Assembly: GCA_029266635.1 (NCBI GenBank)
Contig: JAQSWM010000012.1
Span: 22,324-86,323, forward strand
Length of the DNA: 64,000 bases
Source of the DNA: Sphingobacteriaceae bacterium
GTDB taxonomy: Bacteria; Bacteroidota; Bacteroidia; Sphingobacteriales; Sphingobacteriaceae
Direction of reading: 5' to 3'
Shown piece by piece: positions 54,721 to 63,053 of this stretch. Both the position numbers and the translations under genes were made by a program. Within the stretch, counting starts at the first letter, position 1; the number at the start of each line of letters is the position of its first letter. Under the pieces are notes generated by a model, which saw only the letters and a list, made by a program, of their open reading frames with translations, did not search any database and was not told the origin of the DNA.

Positions 54721-54745
54721 GTCATGCTGAGCCTGTCGAAGCATC
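54721..54745 (-). repeat. REP-like unit, family 1 (gatgcTTCGACaggCTCAGcaTGAC on the minus strand), forming the last codons and stop of nuoE
   Basis: The plus strand reads GTCATGCTGAGCCTGTCGAAGCATC. It has an ATGCT/AGCAT stem. The reverse complement contains ATGCTTCGACAGGCTCAGCATGAC (MLRQAQHD), a string I recall from many spurious ORFs in Sphingobacteriia and Chitinophagia. Confidence 0.65.
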
Positions 54746-55285
54746 TTTTATTAATGCACCAGTATTGTTTGCTGTCGTTAATTTCAAATTGTCTATCAGC
54801 TCATCAACCTTAGCTTCAGTAAGGTTTTCGTAAAAGGTGTACTCAGGCCCGATTTGCAAAACTGGTGCAAAACCGCATGCGGCAAGGCACTCCACGCCTC
54901 TCCAGCTAAACATGCCGTCTTCCGTTACTTCGCCTTCTTTTACGCCGAGCTTGTGTTCAATGTGCTTCATTATTTTTTCTGCACCAACCAAGCAGCAAGG
55001 ACCGGTGCGGCAAACTTCGAGTACATATTTGCCTTGCGGCCGAAGGAAGTACATGGTGTAAAACGTAGCGACTTCATATACCTCGATAGGCTTTATGTCG
55101 AGATAAGCAGCAACTTTATCCATCGCCGGCACGCTTACCCAGCCATATTCTGCCTGTACAAGATGAAGGATGGGCAGCAAAGCTGACTTCTGCTTTCCTT
55201 CCGGATAGCGGCCCACGATCTCATTAAACTTTGTTACGAGCTCGGGGCTGAAAATAATTTCGTCTGTATGAGTTATGCTAAGCAT
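54722..55285 (-). CDS. nuoE: NADH-quinone oxidoreductase subunit E
   Basis: Thioredoxin-like 2Fe-2S motifs CRTGPCCLVG and ECLAACGFAPV. The C-terminal ...DASTGSA is encoded by the repeat unit. Confidence 0.93.
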   Translation of the reverse strand: MLSITHTDEIIFSPELVTKFNEIVGRYPEGKQKSALLPILHLVQAEYGWVSVPAMDKVAAYLDIKPIEVYEVATFYTMYFLRPQGKYVLEVCRTGPCCLVGAEKIMKHIEHKLGVKEGEVTEDGMFSWRGVECLAACGFAPVLQIGPEYTFYENLTEAKVDELIDNLKLTTANNTGALIKDASTGSA

Positions 55286-56498
55286 CTAATTCTCCTGCAA
55301 TAACGTTTAAACTGCTCATATTAATTATGGCATCAGAAAGCAACATGCCACTGCTCATTGGAGCATACATTTGGTAGTTGATGAAACTTGGCCTGCGGAA
55401 GTGTAACCGGTATGGCGATCTGCCACCATCATTCACCAGGTAGAATCCAAGTTCGCCGTTGCCGCCTTCAACACAGTGATACACTTCTGTTTTCGGAGTA
55501 TCAATTTCGCCCATGACTATCTTGAAGTGATAAATGAGCGCTTCCATGTTGTTGTAAACCTGCTCCTTTGGTGGAAGATAGAACTCCGGAACATCAGCGT
55601 GAAAAACACCTTTTGGCTCTTTTTCTATCTTTTGCAAAGCCTGTTCAATAATGCGAACGCTCTGCCACATTTCTTCGTTACGTACAATAAACCTGTCGTA
55701 AACATCGCCGTTTGTACCTACAGGGATTTCAAAATCGAAATCCTCGTAAGATGAATACGGTTCGTTAACCCGAACGTCGTAGTCGACGCCCGTTGCCCGC
55801 AAGATCGGGCCGCTCCAACTGTAATTCAAAGCAGTTTCGGGATCCACAGCGCCAACACCAGAAGTGCGGTCTATAAATATCCGGTTACGGTTAAACAGGT
55901 TTTCAAATTCCTTAAGGATGGGTGGAAATTTATCCAGGAACTTGCGGAGCTTCGCAAAAGCAATGTCATTAAAATCACGTTCAAAGCCGCCGATGCGCCC
56001 GATGTTTGTGGTTAAACGAGCGCCGCAAACCTCTTCGTAAATCTCATAAATGTGCTCACGCTCTTCCATCAGGTATAAGAAACCCGAGTAAGCGCCGGTA
56101 TCAACACCAAGTATCCCGTTACAGATCAAATGATCTGAAATACGGGCAAGCTCCATGATTATAACCCGCAAGTAATCTACACGCTTCGGTGTTTCGATTC
56201 CTAGCATCTTCTCAACTGTCATGTGCCAGCCCATGTTGTTTATGGGTGAAGAGCAGTAATTCAGACGATCTGTGAGCGGTGTTATTTGATAGAACGGGCG
56301 GTGTTCGGCAATTTTTTCGAATGCCCGGTGTATGTAGCCAATAGTTGAAACTCCGCTAACGATGCGCTCACCATCCATTTCCAAAACGTTTTGAAAAACG
56401 CCGTGTGTGGCGGGATGCGTTGGCCCGAGGTTAAGCGTCGTTGTTGCGTCCTGAGGATCGTTATCAAAAAAAACTGAAGTGTTCTTGTTACTCATCAC
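55278..56498 (-). CDS. nuoD: NADH-quinone oxidoreductase subunit D
   Basis: LNLGPTHPATHGVF and a C-terminus ending GELDA. Length 406 aa. Confidence 0.95.
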   Translation of the reverse strand: MMSNKNTSVFFDNDPQDATTTLNLGPTHPATHGVFQNVLEMDGERIVSGVSTIGYIHRAFEKIAEHRPFYQITPLTDRLNYCSSPINNMGWHMTVEKMLGIETPKRVDYLRVIIMELARISDHLICNGILGVDTGAYSGFLYLMEEREHIYEIYEEVCGARLTTNIGRIGGFERDFNDIAFAKLRKFLDKFPPILKEFENLFNRNRIFIDRTSGVGAVDPETALNYSWSGPILRATGVDYDVRVNEPYSSYEDFDFEIPVGTNGDVYDRFIVRNEEMWQSVRIIEQALQKIEKEPKGVFHADVPEFYLPPKEQVYNNMEALIYHFKIVMGEIDTPKTEVYHCVEGGNGELGFYLVNDGGRSPYRLHFRRPSFINYQMYAPMSSGMLLSDAIINMSSLNVIAGELDA

Positions 56499-56542
56499 CT
56501 AATTCCCTCATCGGGAAATTTATATGGTTGCTCCGGCGGAAA

Positions 56543-57046
56543 TTAACGGCCGAAGAAATAATCTTTTTTGTCAACCCGGTTGGGGTCTTCAAGCGGGTAC
56601 TCGCGGCGCATCGGGAAAACAGTCATCTCATCAACATTCAAGATGCGCTTCAAATTAGGGTGCCCTTCAAAGTTGATCCCGAAGTAATCGTATGTTTCCC
56701 GTTCCATCCAGTTTGCTCCCTCCCACAAATTAGTAGCACTCGGAATAGTTGGGTTTGCATCTTCAAGGAAAACCTTAATGCGTACACGGACATTGTTAAC
56801 AAGGCTGTGCAGATGATAAATTACACCTATCGGCAACTCCTGCTCAGGATAATGTATGGCAGTAATGTCGGTAAGATAATTGAACTTAAGTTCAGGATCG
56901 CTCTTTAAAAACGCAAGTAAGTCTGAGATAACCTCCTTATTGGTTTCAAAAGTTAACAGCCCCAAAGGTTCAGTTGGAACTGAAATCAGCTCACCGAAAC
57001 GGTTTGTAATTTTATGCAGGACAGCCTGATTACTTAATTTCCCCAT
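56543..57046 (-). CDS. nuoC: NADH-quinone oxidoreductase subunit C
   Basis: 167 aa with WEGANWMERETYDYFGINFEGHPNLKRIL. Confidence 0.93.
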   Translation of the reverse strand: MGKLSNQAVLHKITNRFGELISVPTEPLGLLTFETNKEVISDLLAFLKSDPELKFNYLTDITAIHYPEQELPIGVIYHLHSLVNNVRVRIKVFLEDANPTIPSATNLWEGANWMERETYDYFGINFEGHPNLKRILNVDEMTVFPMRREYPLEDPNRVDKKDYFFGR

Positions 57047-57588
57047 TACTGGATACCGTATTTTGCTAATAATTCCTTGTATTCGTCAGAATTCCTTCTG
57101 CGTAAAGATTCGTTTCTAACCAAATCCTGGATGCGCATTACACCATCCAATATCGCTTCTGGCCTGGGCGGGCAGCCGGGCACATAAACATCTACCGGTA
57201 TAATCTCATCAATGCCTTGCAAAACCGAATAGGTATCAAAAATACCTCCGCTTGAAGCGCATGCTCCAACGGCAATAACCCAGCGGGGCTCAGCCATTTG
57301 TATGTAAACCTGTTTTAATACCGGCGCCATCTTTTTTGCAATTGTGCCCATTACCATTAGCATATCTGCCTGACGTGGCGAGAAGCTTGGGCGCTCGGCT
57401 CCAAACCTACCTAAATCGTAATGAGAGCCCATGGTTGCCATAAACTCAATACCGCAGCAAGAAGTCGCAAACGGAAGAGGCCATAATGAATGTGAACGGG
57501 CAAGGCCGACGACTTTGTCTAACGATGTAGCAAAGAATCCGGACCCTTCAACTCCCGGGGGAGCTTCTACTAATTTAACGTCGCTCAT
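57046..57588 (-). CDS. nuoB: NADH-quinone oxidoreductase subunit B
   Basis: Start taken at [12 protein letters not shown]. The motifs [23 protein letters not shown] and VPGCPPRPE are present. Confidence 0.95.
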   Translation of the reverse strand: MSDVKLVEAPPGVEGSGFFATSLDKVVGLARSHSLWPLPFATSCCGIEFMATMGSHYDLGRFGAERPSFSPRQADMLMVMGTIAKKMAPVLKQVYIQMAEPRWVIAVGACASSGGIFDTYSVLQGIDEIIPVDVYVPGCPPRPEAILDGVMRIQDLVRNESLRRRNSDEYKELLAKYGIQ

Positions 57589-57658
57589 AATCCTTTCCAC
57601 TAAAAAGGCGCATTTCAAATACTATGAAATGTGCCGCAAAATTACAAATTAAAATTAC

Positions 57659-57680
57659 TCCTGCCTTCGCCGCAGCGGGT
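57659..57680. repeat. degenerate family-2-like REP unit in the 109-nt nuoA-nuoB spacer
   Basis: The reverse complement ACCCGCTGCGGCGAAGGCAGGA shares CTGCG...AGGCAGGA with the reverse complement of the unit at 6773-6796. The internal stem is weak (4 bp). AAATTAC direct repeats lie next to it at 57638-57658. Confidence 0.35.
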
Positions 57681-57697
57681 ATTTAGAATTAATCTAT

Positions 57698-58069
57698 CTA
57701 ATCCCAGTCTAAGGCTCTTTTTTTGATGATATAGATAAAACCCAATAGCAAAGTGCCCATGAAAATGAACATTTCAATCAGGCCTTGCCAGCCGAACTCA
57801 CGAAAGTTTACGGCCCATGGATACATAAATATTACCTCAACATCAAAAAGAACAAAGAGTATTGCAACCAAAAAGTACTTTATAGAAAATGGTTGCCTGG
57901 CATTCCCAACAACTTCAATGCCGGATTCAAAAGGAGTCAGCTTGTCTTTGGTTTTTCGCTTTGGGCCAATGAGGTGGGTTACAAACATAGTTCCAACCAC
58001 AAACCCGATGGCAACAAGCATTTGGAAAATAATGGGGAGATAATTTACCGCTGAACTCTGTGCTTCCAT
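57698..58069 (-). CDS. nuoA: NADH-quinone oxidoreductase subunit A
   Basis: 123 aa with three TM helices and PFESGIEVVGNARQPFSIKYFLVAILFVLFDVEVIFMYPWA. Confidence 0.95.
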   Translation of the reverse strand: MEAQSSAVNYLPIIFQMLVAIGFVVGTMFVTHLIGPKRKTKDKLTPFESGIEVVGNARQPFSIKYFLVAILFVLFDVEVIFMYPWAVNFREFGWQGLIEMFIFMGTLLLGFIYIIKKRALDWD

Positions 58070-58083
58070 TACTTAGTTTTTGG

Positions 58084-58091
58084 CAAATATA
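58084..58091 (-). promoter_or_regulatory. candidate -7 promoter box (TATATTTG) for the nuo operon
   Basis: The minus strand reads TATATTTG 14 nt upstream of the nuoA ATG, immediately after the upstream terminator hairpin. Confidence 0.35.
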
Positions 58092-58122
58092 TAAAGAGCT
58101 CCGAAATTCGGAGCTCTTTATT
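58091..58122 (-). terminator. stem-loop terminator after the TPR gene
   Basis: ATAAAGAGCTCCGA-aat-TCGGAGCTCTTTAT forms about a 14-bp perfect stem, followed on the minus strand by a T-rich tract. Confidence 0.7.
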
Positions 58123-58130
58123 AGAGTTAA

Positions 58131-59804
58131 TTATTTACCTGGCGATACTGCCTTCTTCGCTTGTTGCAGTGTTGCGTTGGCGGGGTCTAAGGCAAGCCCT
58201 TTGTTGAAGTAATCCAAGGCTTTGGCGTTGTCCTTATCACGTCTTGCGGCTACTGAACCAAGATAGGTGTAAGCCTCTAAGAGGAATCTCTTGTTCTGAT
58301 CTTTTTGAGTTTTCTCAGGATCTGAATTAATTACCTCAACGGCCTTTTCATACATTGGAACAGCCAGCCCTTTTGAATCATCGGCATCATCCTGAGCACG
58401 TTGAATTCTCGCTCTGAACATATAGCCTATTTCTGTAGTTGGCGACTTAGCCAATAATTTGCTAAAGGCTGAATCAGCCTTTACCAGATTGTCAAAGTTG
58501 GTCTTCGGATCTGCTTTTAACTTCTTGCCATAATCATAGTAGTACGAAGCACCCAGGTAATAGTAATCAAGCAAAGAAGCTTTAGGGTCTCTAAGCGATA
58601 GCTCATAGGCTTCAGCAGCCCTGTCATACTGGCCGGCACTAAAAAATCCTTTTGCTATATCTCCCATAACACCTGCAAGTGTTGAATCGGCATCTATAGC
58701 TTTTTTCAGGTTAACCAAAGCGGTTGTAGTATCGCCGCTTTTCAACTGAGCCTGTCCTAGGTACATGAAGTCTTGCGGGATTAGCCTTGCTGGTTCTACT
58801 TTAGCAATGAAGTCTTTTAATGCTTGTTGGCTACCTGCATAATTTCCATTCTCGTATGCAGCATAACCTAAATATCTAAATACACGGGCATTTGATTTGT
58901 CCATCTGAGACATTGCTCTCGCCTCATTGGCCAGAGTTTTGAAATCTTTGGCGTTGTAAAGGAAGTCGGCGTAACGCAGTCTGGAATCGAGAGATCTGTC
59001 TGTAAGATCTAGGTATTTTTCGTAGTAGGCTACTGCTTCTTTGATTTTCGGATCAAAGTTTTTCAGGTCAGCATTCGCCCAGCGGTAATAGGTTTCACCC
59101 AGTGCACGATATGCTGGCCCATAGTTAGGATTAGCAGCAATAACGCCCTTAAGTACATCTACAGATTCCTGGAATGCACCTGAACGCAGGTTTAATACGC
59201 CTAACTCTACCTTAGCACGAAGGAGGTCTTTATCAAGATCAGAAGCTGTACGATATTCACCATATGCAGAGCTTGCATCCATCATATCACGGTGAGTATC
59301 AGCGAGCTGAAGAAACAACGCAGCATCTTTATCATTAACAGCCTTGCCCTTGTTCAGGTATTCTAAAGCTGCTTTATAGTCGGGTTTAGTTGCTCTGGTG
59401 TAAGCCCGGCCTACGTAAACGTAGGGTTTGGCATCTTTCCTGGAGCCTTTGTCTATTGCAAGATCGAAATTAGCCTTTGCTGCTGCAGGATTGTTTTTCT
59501 CCAAATCAACAGCACCCAGTCCAATATAATTCCAGGGAGATTTCGGATCTACCTGTGAGCCCTTCAGGAACACAGTTTTTGCTGAGTCTGGATAATCTGT
59601 CTCTAAATATGTTTGGCCTAACCAAAAGTAATTATCGGGCTCATCTGGCTTAGCCTGGATGAGGCCTTTTAACATGCCTTTGGCTTTCTGATATTGTTCA
59701 GCATCTAAAGCTCTTATCGCATCACCGGTCGACTGCGCATAAGTCGCGGAGCTGCCGATTGCTAAGATAAAAGCGGCTTTTATTGCATTTTCAATTACTT
59801 TCAT
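58131..59804 (-). CDS. secreted tetratricopeptide-repeat protein
   Basis: Signal peptide (AFILAIGSSATYAQ) and multiple TPR-like A/Y/L-rich 34-aa repeats. Length 557 aa. Confidence 0.8.
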   Translation of the reverse strand: MKVIENAIKAAFILAIGSSATYAQSTGDAIRALDAEQYQKAKGMLKGLIQAKPDEPDNYFWLGQTYLETDYPDSAKTVFLKGSQVDPKSPWNYIGLGAVDLEKNNPAAAKANFDLAIDKGSRKDAKPYVYVGRAYTRATKPDYKAALEYLNKGKAVNDKDAALFLQLADTHRDMMDASSAYGEYRTASDLDKDLLRAKVELGVLNLRSGAFQESVDVLKGVIAANPNYGPAYRALGETYYRWANADLKNFDPKIKEAVAYYEKYLDLTDRSLDSRLRYADFLYNAKDFKTLANEARAMSQMDKSNARVFRYLGYAAYENGNYAGSQQALKDFIAKVEPARLIPQDFMYLGQAQLKSGDTTTALVNLKKAIDADSTLAGVMGDIAKGFFSAGQYDRAAEAYELSLRDPKASLLDYYYLGASYYYDYGKKLKADPKTNFDNLVKADSAFSKLLAKSPTTEIGYMFRARIQRAQDDADDSKGLAVPMYEKAVEVINSDPEKTQKDQNKRFLLEAYTYLGSVAARRDKDNAKALDYFNKGLALDPANATLQQAKKAVSPGK

Positions 59805-59820
59805 ATCTCAAATTTATAAT

Positions 59821-60726
59821 TTATTTTTTAATGAATATTTCCCTTGACGGGATACTGTCGGGCAACAAGCCTGATTTTAAAACGATACGCTGTCCACGTT
59901 CACCGGCAAGGAAAGCTGCGAATCCTGTACCTAGCCCGGGGCCACCAGAACAGTTTACAATGTAAAGGCCTCGTATTAATGGATATAACTTTAAGGCAAT
60001 ATTTGTTTGATCTGGTTGATAAAAAGCATCGGATCCCGGCTTACCCGGAATGTTTTTAACGCTCAAAGTTCTGATAGAAGAAATATAGCCTGCCGATGTG
60101 CTGTCAGGTTGTTCAAGCCAATTTACGCCCACAACCCCTATCGTTCCCGGATGATCATAAACGTATTTTATAACTTCCGGGTTCGATTTTAAAGCATATA
60201 CTCCTTTTGCTGGTAAAGCTTTGATATTGGCAAGTTGCTTCAGATATCTGACAGTGCTTGAATTAGCGTTATCAAATACTAAACTTCCTATACTGCTTTG
60301 CCTTCCCTCCATTACTTTGATAATATCCTCGACTGTAGCTACACTGTCTGGAGCAGATGTATTAACGATCAGCGCTATAGCATCCACTGCAAATCTATTA
60401 ACGCGTACAACTATCTTTTTATTTTCAAAATGGGCCTTTTCCTTGCTTGTTAGCTCCCTCGAAATAATCGCAACTCCTCTGTCACCCTTCAAAAAAGTAT
60501 TCAATACCTCGTTCTCGGGCTTATAAATCATATGAATGTCAGACTTTGGATAAGCGCTCTTAAACACTGTCCACTCAGCATCGATGATCGGTTTAAATGT
60601 ATCATCAACCAGTATCTCTGTGGTCCCTTCAGTGAATGTTTGCTGCCCCTTGTCACTGTTGTTGCATGTAACGAGCATTAGAGAGCAGCCTAGCAAAAGA
60701 AAAGTTAGTTTACGCATGGTTAGCAT
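59821..60726 (-). CDS. PstS-like (PBP_like_2) periplasmic substrate-binding lipoprotein
   Basis: Lipobox LMLVTC. VAIISRELTSKEKAHF, FAVDAIALIVN and GTIGVVGVNWL resemble PstS-family blocks. No ABC permease or ATPase genes are nearby. Confidence 0.65.
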   Translation of the reverse strand: MLTMRKLTFLLLGCSLMLVTCNNSDKGQQTFTEGTTEILVDDTFKPIIDAEWTVFKSAYPKSDIHMIYKPENEVLNTFLKGDRGVAIISRELTSKEKAHFENKKIVVRVNRFAVDAIALIVNTSAPDSVATVEDIIKVMEGRQSSIGSLVFDNANSSTVRYLKQLANIKALPAKGVYALKSNPEVIKYVYDHPGTIGVVGVNWLEQPDSTSAGYISSIRTLSVKNIPGKPGSDAFYQPDQTNIALKLYPLIRGLYIVNCSGGPGLGTGFAAFLAGERGQRIVLKSGLLPDSIPSREIFIKK

Positions 60727-60937
60727 TGTTCCGCAGTAGTCTAATGAATCTTATAAAAGCATAAACAATTAACAAGATGCCAAAAAGTATTCTGTACGTA
60801 GTTGTAAGCGCCAGGGGAAAATCTTTCCAGAAGATTATAAATAGACCTAACGCGAAGTAAAACGCGAACATGGCAAGCCCTAAAACGAACAGAAATCGCT
60901 TTGCGGGCGATTTCTGCTGATTGTTTGTATTTAACAT
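60710..60937 (-). CDS. small two-TM membrane protein (75 aa), unknown function
   Basis: Two clear hydrophobic helices. It overlaps the PBP gene start by 17 nt and sits 11 nt downstream of tonB. Confidence 0.5.
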   Translation of the reverse strand: MLNTNNQQKSPAKRFLFVLGLAMFAFYFALGLFIIFWKDFPLALTTTYRILFGILLIVYAFIRFIRLLRNNANHA

Positions 60938-60948
60938 TCTTTGTTCCG

Positions 60949-61770
60949 CTATTGAGCTTCTAGGTTCAATGCAATTGTTTGCGTGTATGCAACCCTAACA
61001 GGCCGCCCGTTTTGGACACCCGGTTTCCATGGCGGTGATTTTTTGAGCAGTGCTACTGCCGCATCACCAGTTCCCATACCCGGATCACGAACAACTTTGA
61101 TATCGGTTAAAGTACCATCGCGTTCTACTACGAACTGGACGATCACCCTACCAGAAACTCCGTTTTCAACAGCTTGTGGAGGATATTTGTATGTTCCTAC
61201 AAATTTCGCCCAAGCCTTTTCTCCACCAGGGAATGTAGGCAACACCTCAACACTGGTAAAGATTTGGTTTACGTCCTCTGTAACGGCAGCCTCTTTGGGA
61301 GCCTCGCCAACAGGTTCATCAATACGAACCTCTGCTGTTGGATCGCCTTCAATAGTTTTCTGGCCAGGATCTGCAACCTTAACTTCTTCTACAGTTGGTG
61401 GTTCTTCAACGGCTTCCTCTTTAGGCACTACTACCAATGGTGGGAACTTAATGGTTGACACCTTTGGACGCGGTGGCTCAGGAGGAGGAGGCGGAGGAGG
61501 AGTACTTTCATCAATTGGCGGTGGTGGCTGTAGCACAACCTCTGTTTCAATGAGTTTCTCCTTTGTCTCAGGAATAAATCCTGATAAGTACTTGATGATA
61601 ATTGGAGAGCTTACTGCTAACACAAATAAAACGCTACCGATTAACAAAGCACTTGAGGTGGTCTTTGAATTATCCTTGCGGAGTTCATAAGCACCGTAGG
61701 CCTTATTCCGATCTGCGAAGACCACATCAAGCCATTGTAATTTGAATATATCTAATTTTGACCCTAACAT
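60949..61770 (-). CDS. tonB: energy transducer TonB
   Basis: N-terminal TM anchor, Pro-rich spacer (PPPPIDESTPPPPPPPEPPRPK), and the C-terminal TonB domain (PPQAVENGVSGRVIVQFVVERDGTLTDIKVV). Confidence 0.9.
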   Translation of the reverse strand: MLGSKLDIFKLQWLDVVFADRNKAYGAYELRKDNSKTTSSALLIGSVLFVLAVSSPIIIKYLSGFIPETKEKLIETEVVLQPPPPIDESTPPPPPPPEPPRPKVSTIKFPPLVVVPKEEAVEEPPTVEEVKVADPGQKTIEGDPTAEVRIDEPVGEAPKEAAVTEDVNQIFTSVEVLPTFPGGEKAWAKFVGTYKYPPQAVENGVSGRVIVQFVVERDGTLTDIKVVRDPGMGTGDAAVALLKKSPPWKPGVQNGRPVRVAYTQTIALNLEAQ

Positions 61771-61775
61771 AATCT

Positions 61776-62336
61776 TTAATTTGATGGGTAAATTTTATCG
61801 CGTTTCAACAACTCAACCTCTGCCGGAAATATGTCGCTGATGGCATACTGCTTAATATCAGTAATCTTCATCTCGTCTAATATATCAACCAGGTTGCGGT
61901 AGTTTGATTTATCGCTCGGCTTGATCAACACGATTACACCTTTAGATGGATCACCAGTAATCCCAATTACTTTCTTGTTAGTTTCCAAAAGGATTTTCCG
62001 GATTCCATCTTTGCTGTAATCAGTAATAGTAGGAGGTGTAAGCTGGTTTTCTAATGTGCCTATATAATATTCAATCTTATTATTCGACCCCAGCAATAAG
62101 TTTAAACTTCGGTTATCAGCAACTTTTAACTGCTCCTGATTTTTTTCGTCTTTATCAGGCATGAACATATCCATTGCCTGTGGCTTAGCCAGTGTGGTAG
62201 TTAGCATAAAGAACGTAATAAGAAGGAACGCAAGGTCAACCATCGCGGTAAGATCTACCCGTGTTGACTGCTTCTTGCTTCTTACTTTCCCGCCTTTATG
62301 GCCACCGCCACCGCCGCCGGTATTTAACTCTGCCAT
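61776..62336 (-). CDS. exbD: ExbD/TolR-family biopolymer transport protein
   Basis: VDLTAMVDLAFLLITFFM TM signature with an unusual G6 tract at the N-terminus. Confidence 0.88.
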   Translation of the reverse strand: MAELNTGGGGGGHKGGKVRSKKQSTRVDLTAMVDLAFLLITFFMLTTTLAKPQAMDMFMPDKDEKNQEQLKVADNRSLNLLLGSNNKIEYYIGTLENQLTPPTITDYSKDGIRKILLETNKKVIGITGDPSKGVIVLIKPSDKSNYRNLVDILDEMKITDIKQYAISDIFPAEVELLKRDKIYPSN

Positions 62337-62352
62337 TTTTTAAGGTTTAATA

Positions 62353-62979
62353 CTATTTCTTTTTATCTGCAACCCTTAAAGACGTAATCAAGCTAAACTT
62401 GTTCAAGTTTTGTGCCTGAAGTATATCTATAATCTTCTTAACTGTTGGATATTCTTCTTTCTGATCGCCTTTGATGCTCACCCGCATATCACTTTCATTA
62501 ATTTGCTTGGTAGCAATACGAGCCTGATAGATCCATTGGTGCAATTCAGATGCCTGTCCGCCAACTGAATCAACGGGAATGCCGGGCTGGCCAACCTTGA
62601 TCCGCTGAGAAGCATCCATGGCAATGATCTGCTTAAGCTGATTAATCGGTACTCCAAAAGACTCCATCAGAGAAAACCTTTTCTTTTCAGTTTCGGTGAA
62701 AGGAACCTTGTAGATACTGCTCATGTTCTCAAGCATTTTTACCCTAACATTCTGATCTTTAATACCAAAGAAGACTTTTCCATGTCCAACAGTAACAGTA
62801 CCTATACCTGTATCTGGTTGTTTTATGGTCACTGTTGATGCCGGAGTATCAACAGGAAGTGGTTCTGGCTGACGGGCAGTAGCTGTAAGGATAAAGAAAG
62901 TAAGCAACAGAAACGCAACATCGCACATAGCCGTCATGTCAATGGCTGTGCTCTTTCTTGCAATTTTTACTCTGGGCAT
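62353..62979 (-). CDS. exbD: ExbD/TolR-family biopolymer transport protein (second paralogue)
   Basis: IDMTAMCDVAFLLLTFFIL TM signature. Length 208 aa. Confidence 0.88.
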   Translation of the reverse strand: MPRVKIARKSTAIDMTAMCDVAFLLLTFFILTATARQPEPLPVDTPASTVTIKQPDTGIGTVTVGHGKVFFGIKDQNVRVKMLENMSSIYKVPFTETEKKRFSLMESFGVPINQLKQIIAMDASQRIKVGQPGIPVDSVGGQASELHQWIYQARIATKQINESDMRVSIKGDQKEEYPTVKKIIDILQAQNLNKFSLITSLRVADKKK

Positions 62980-63007
62980 AAATTTTTCTTTATTTATCTG
63001 TTAGATG

Positions 63008-63048
63008 AAATCACTGCCAGGTTTCCATAAACCGGCAGTGATTTTTTT
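63008..63048. other. strong stem-loop between exbB and exbD
   Basis: AAATCACTGCC(A)GG and CCGGCAGTGATTT give 13 bp with one bulge and a 10-nt loop. The T7 run follows only on the plus strand, while both flanking genes are on the minus strand. Confidence 0.6.
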
Positions 63049-63053
63049 AATTT

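Noticed and set aside
60983-61690. 235-aa plus-strand ORF antisense to tonB
   Set aside because: It is G/S/T-rich and low-complexity. It is the mirror image of the Pro-rich, codon-biased tonB frame and has no motif. The tonB frame has clear TonB features.
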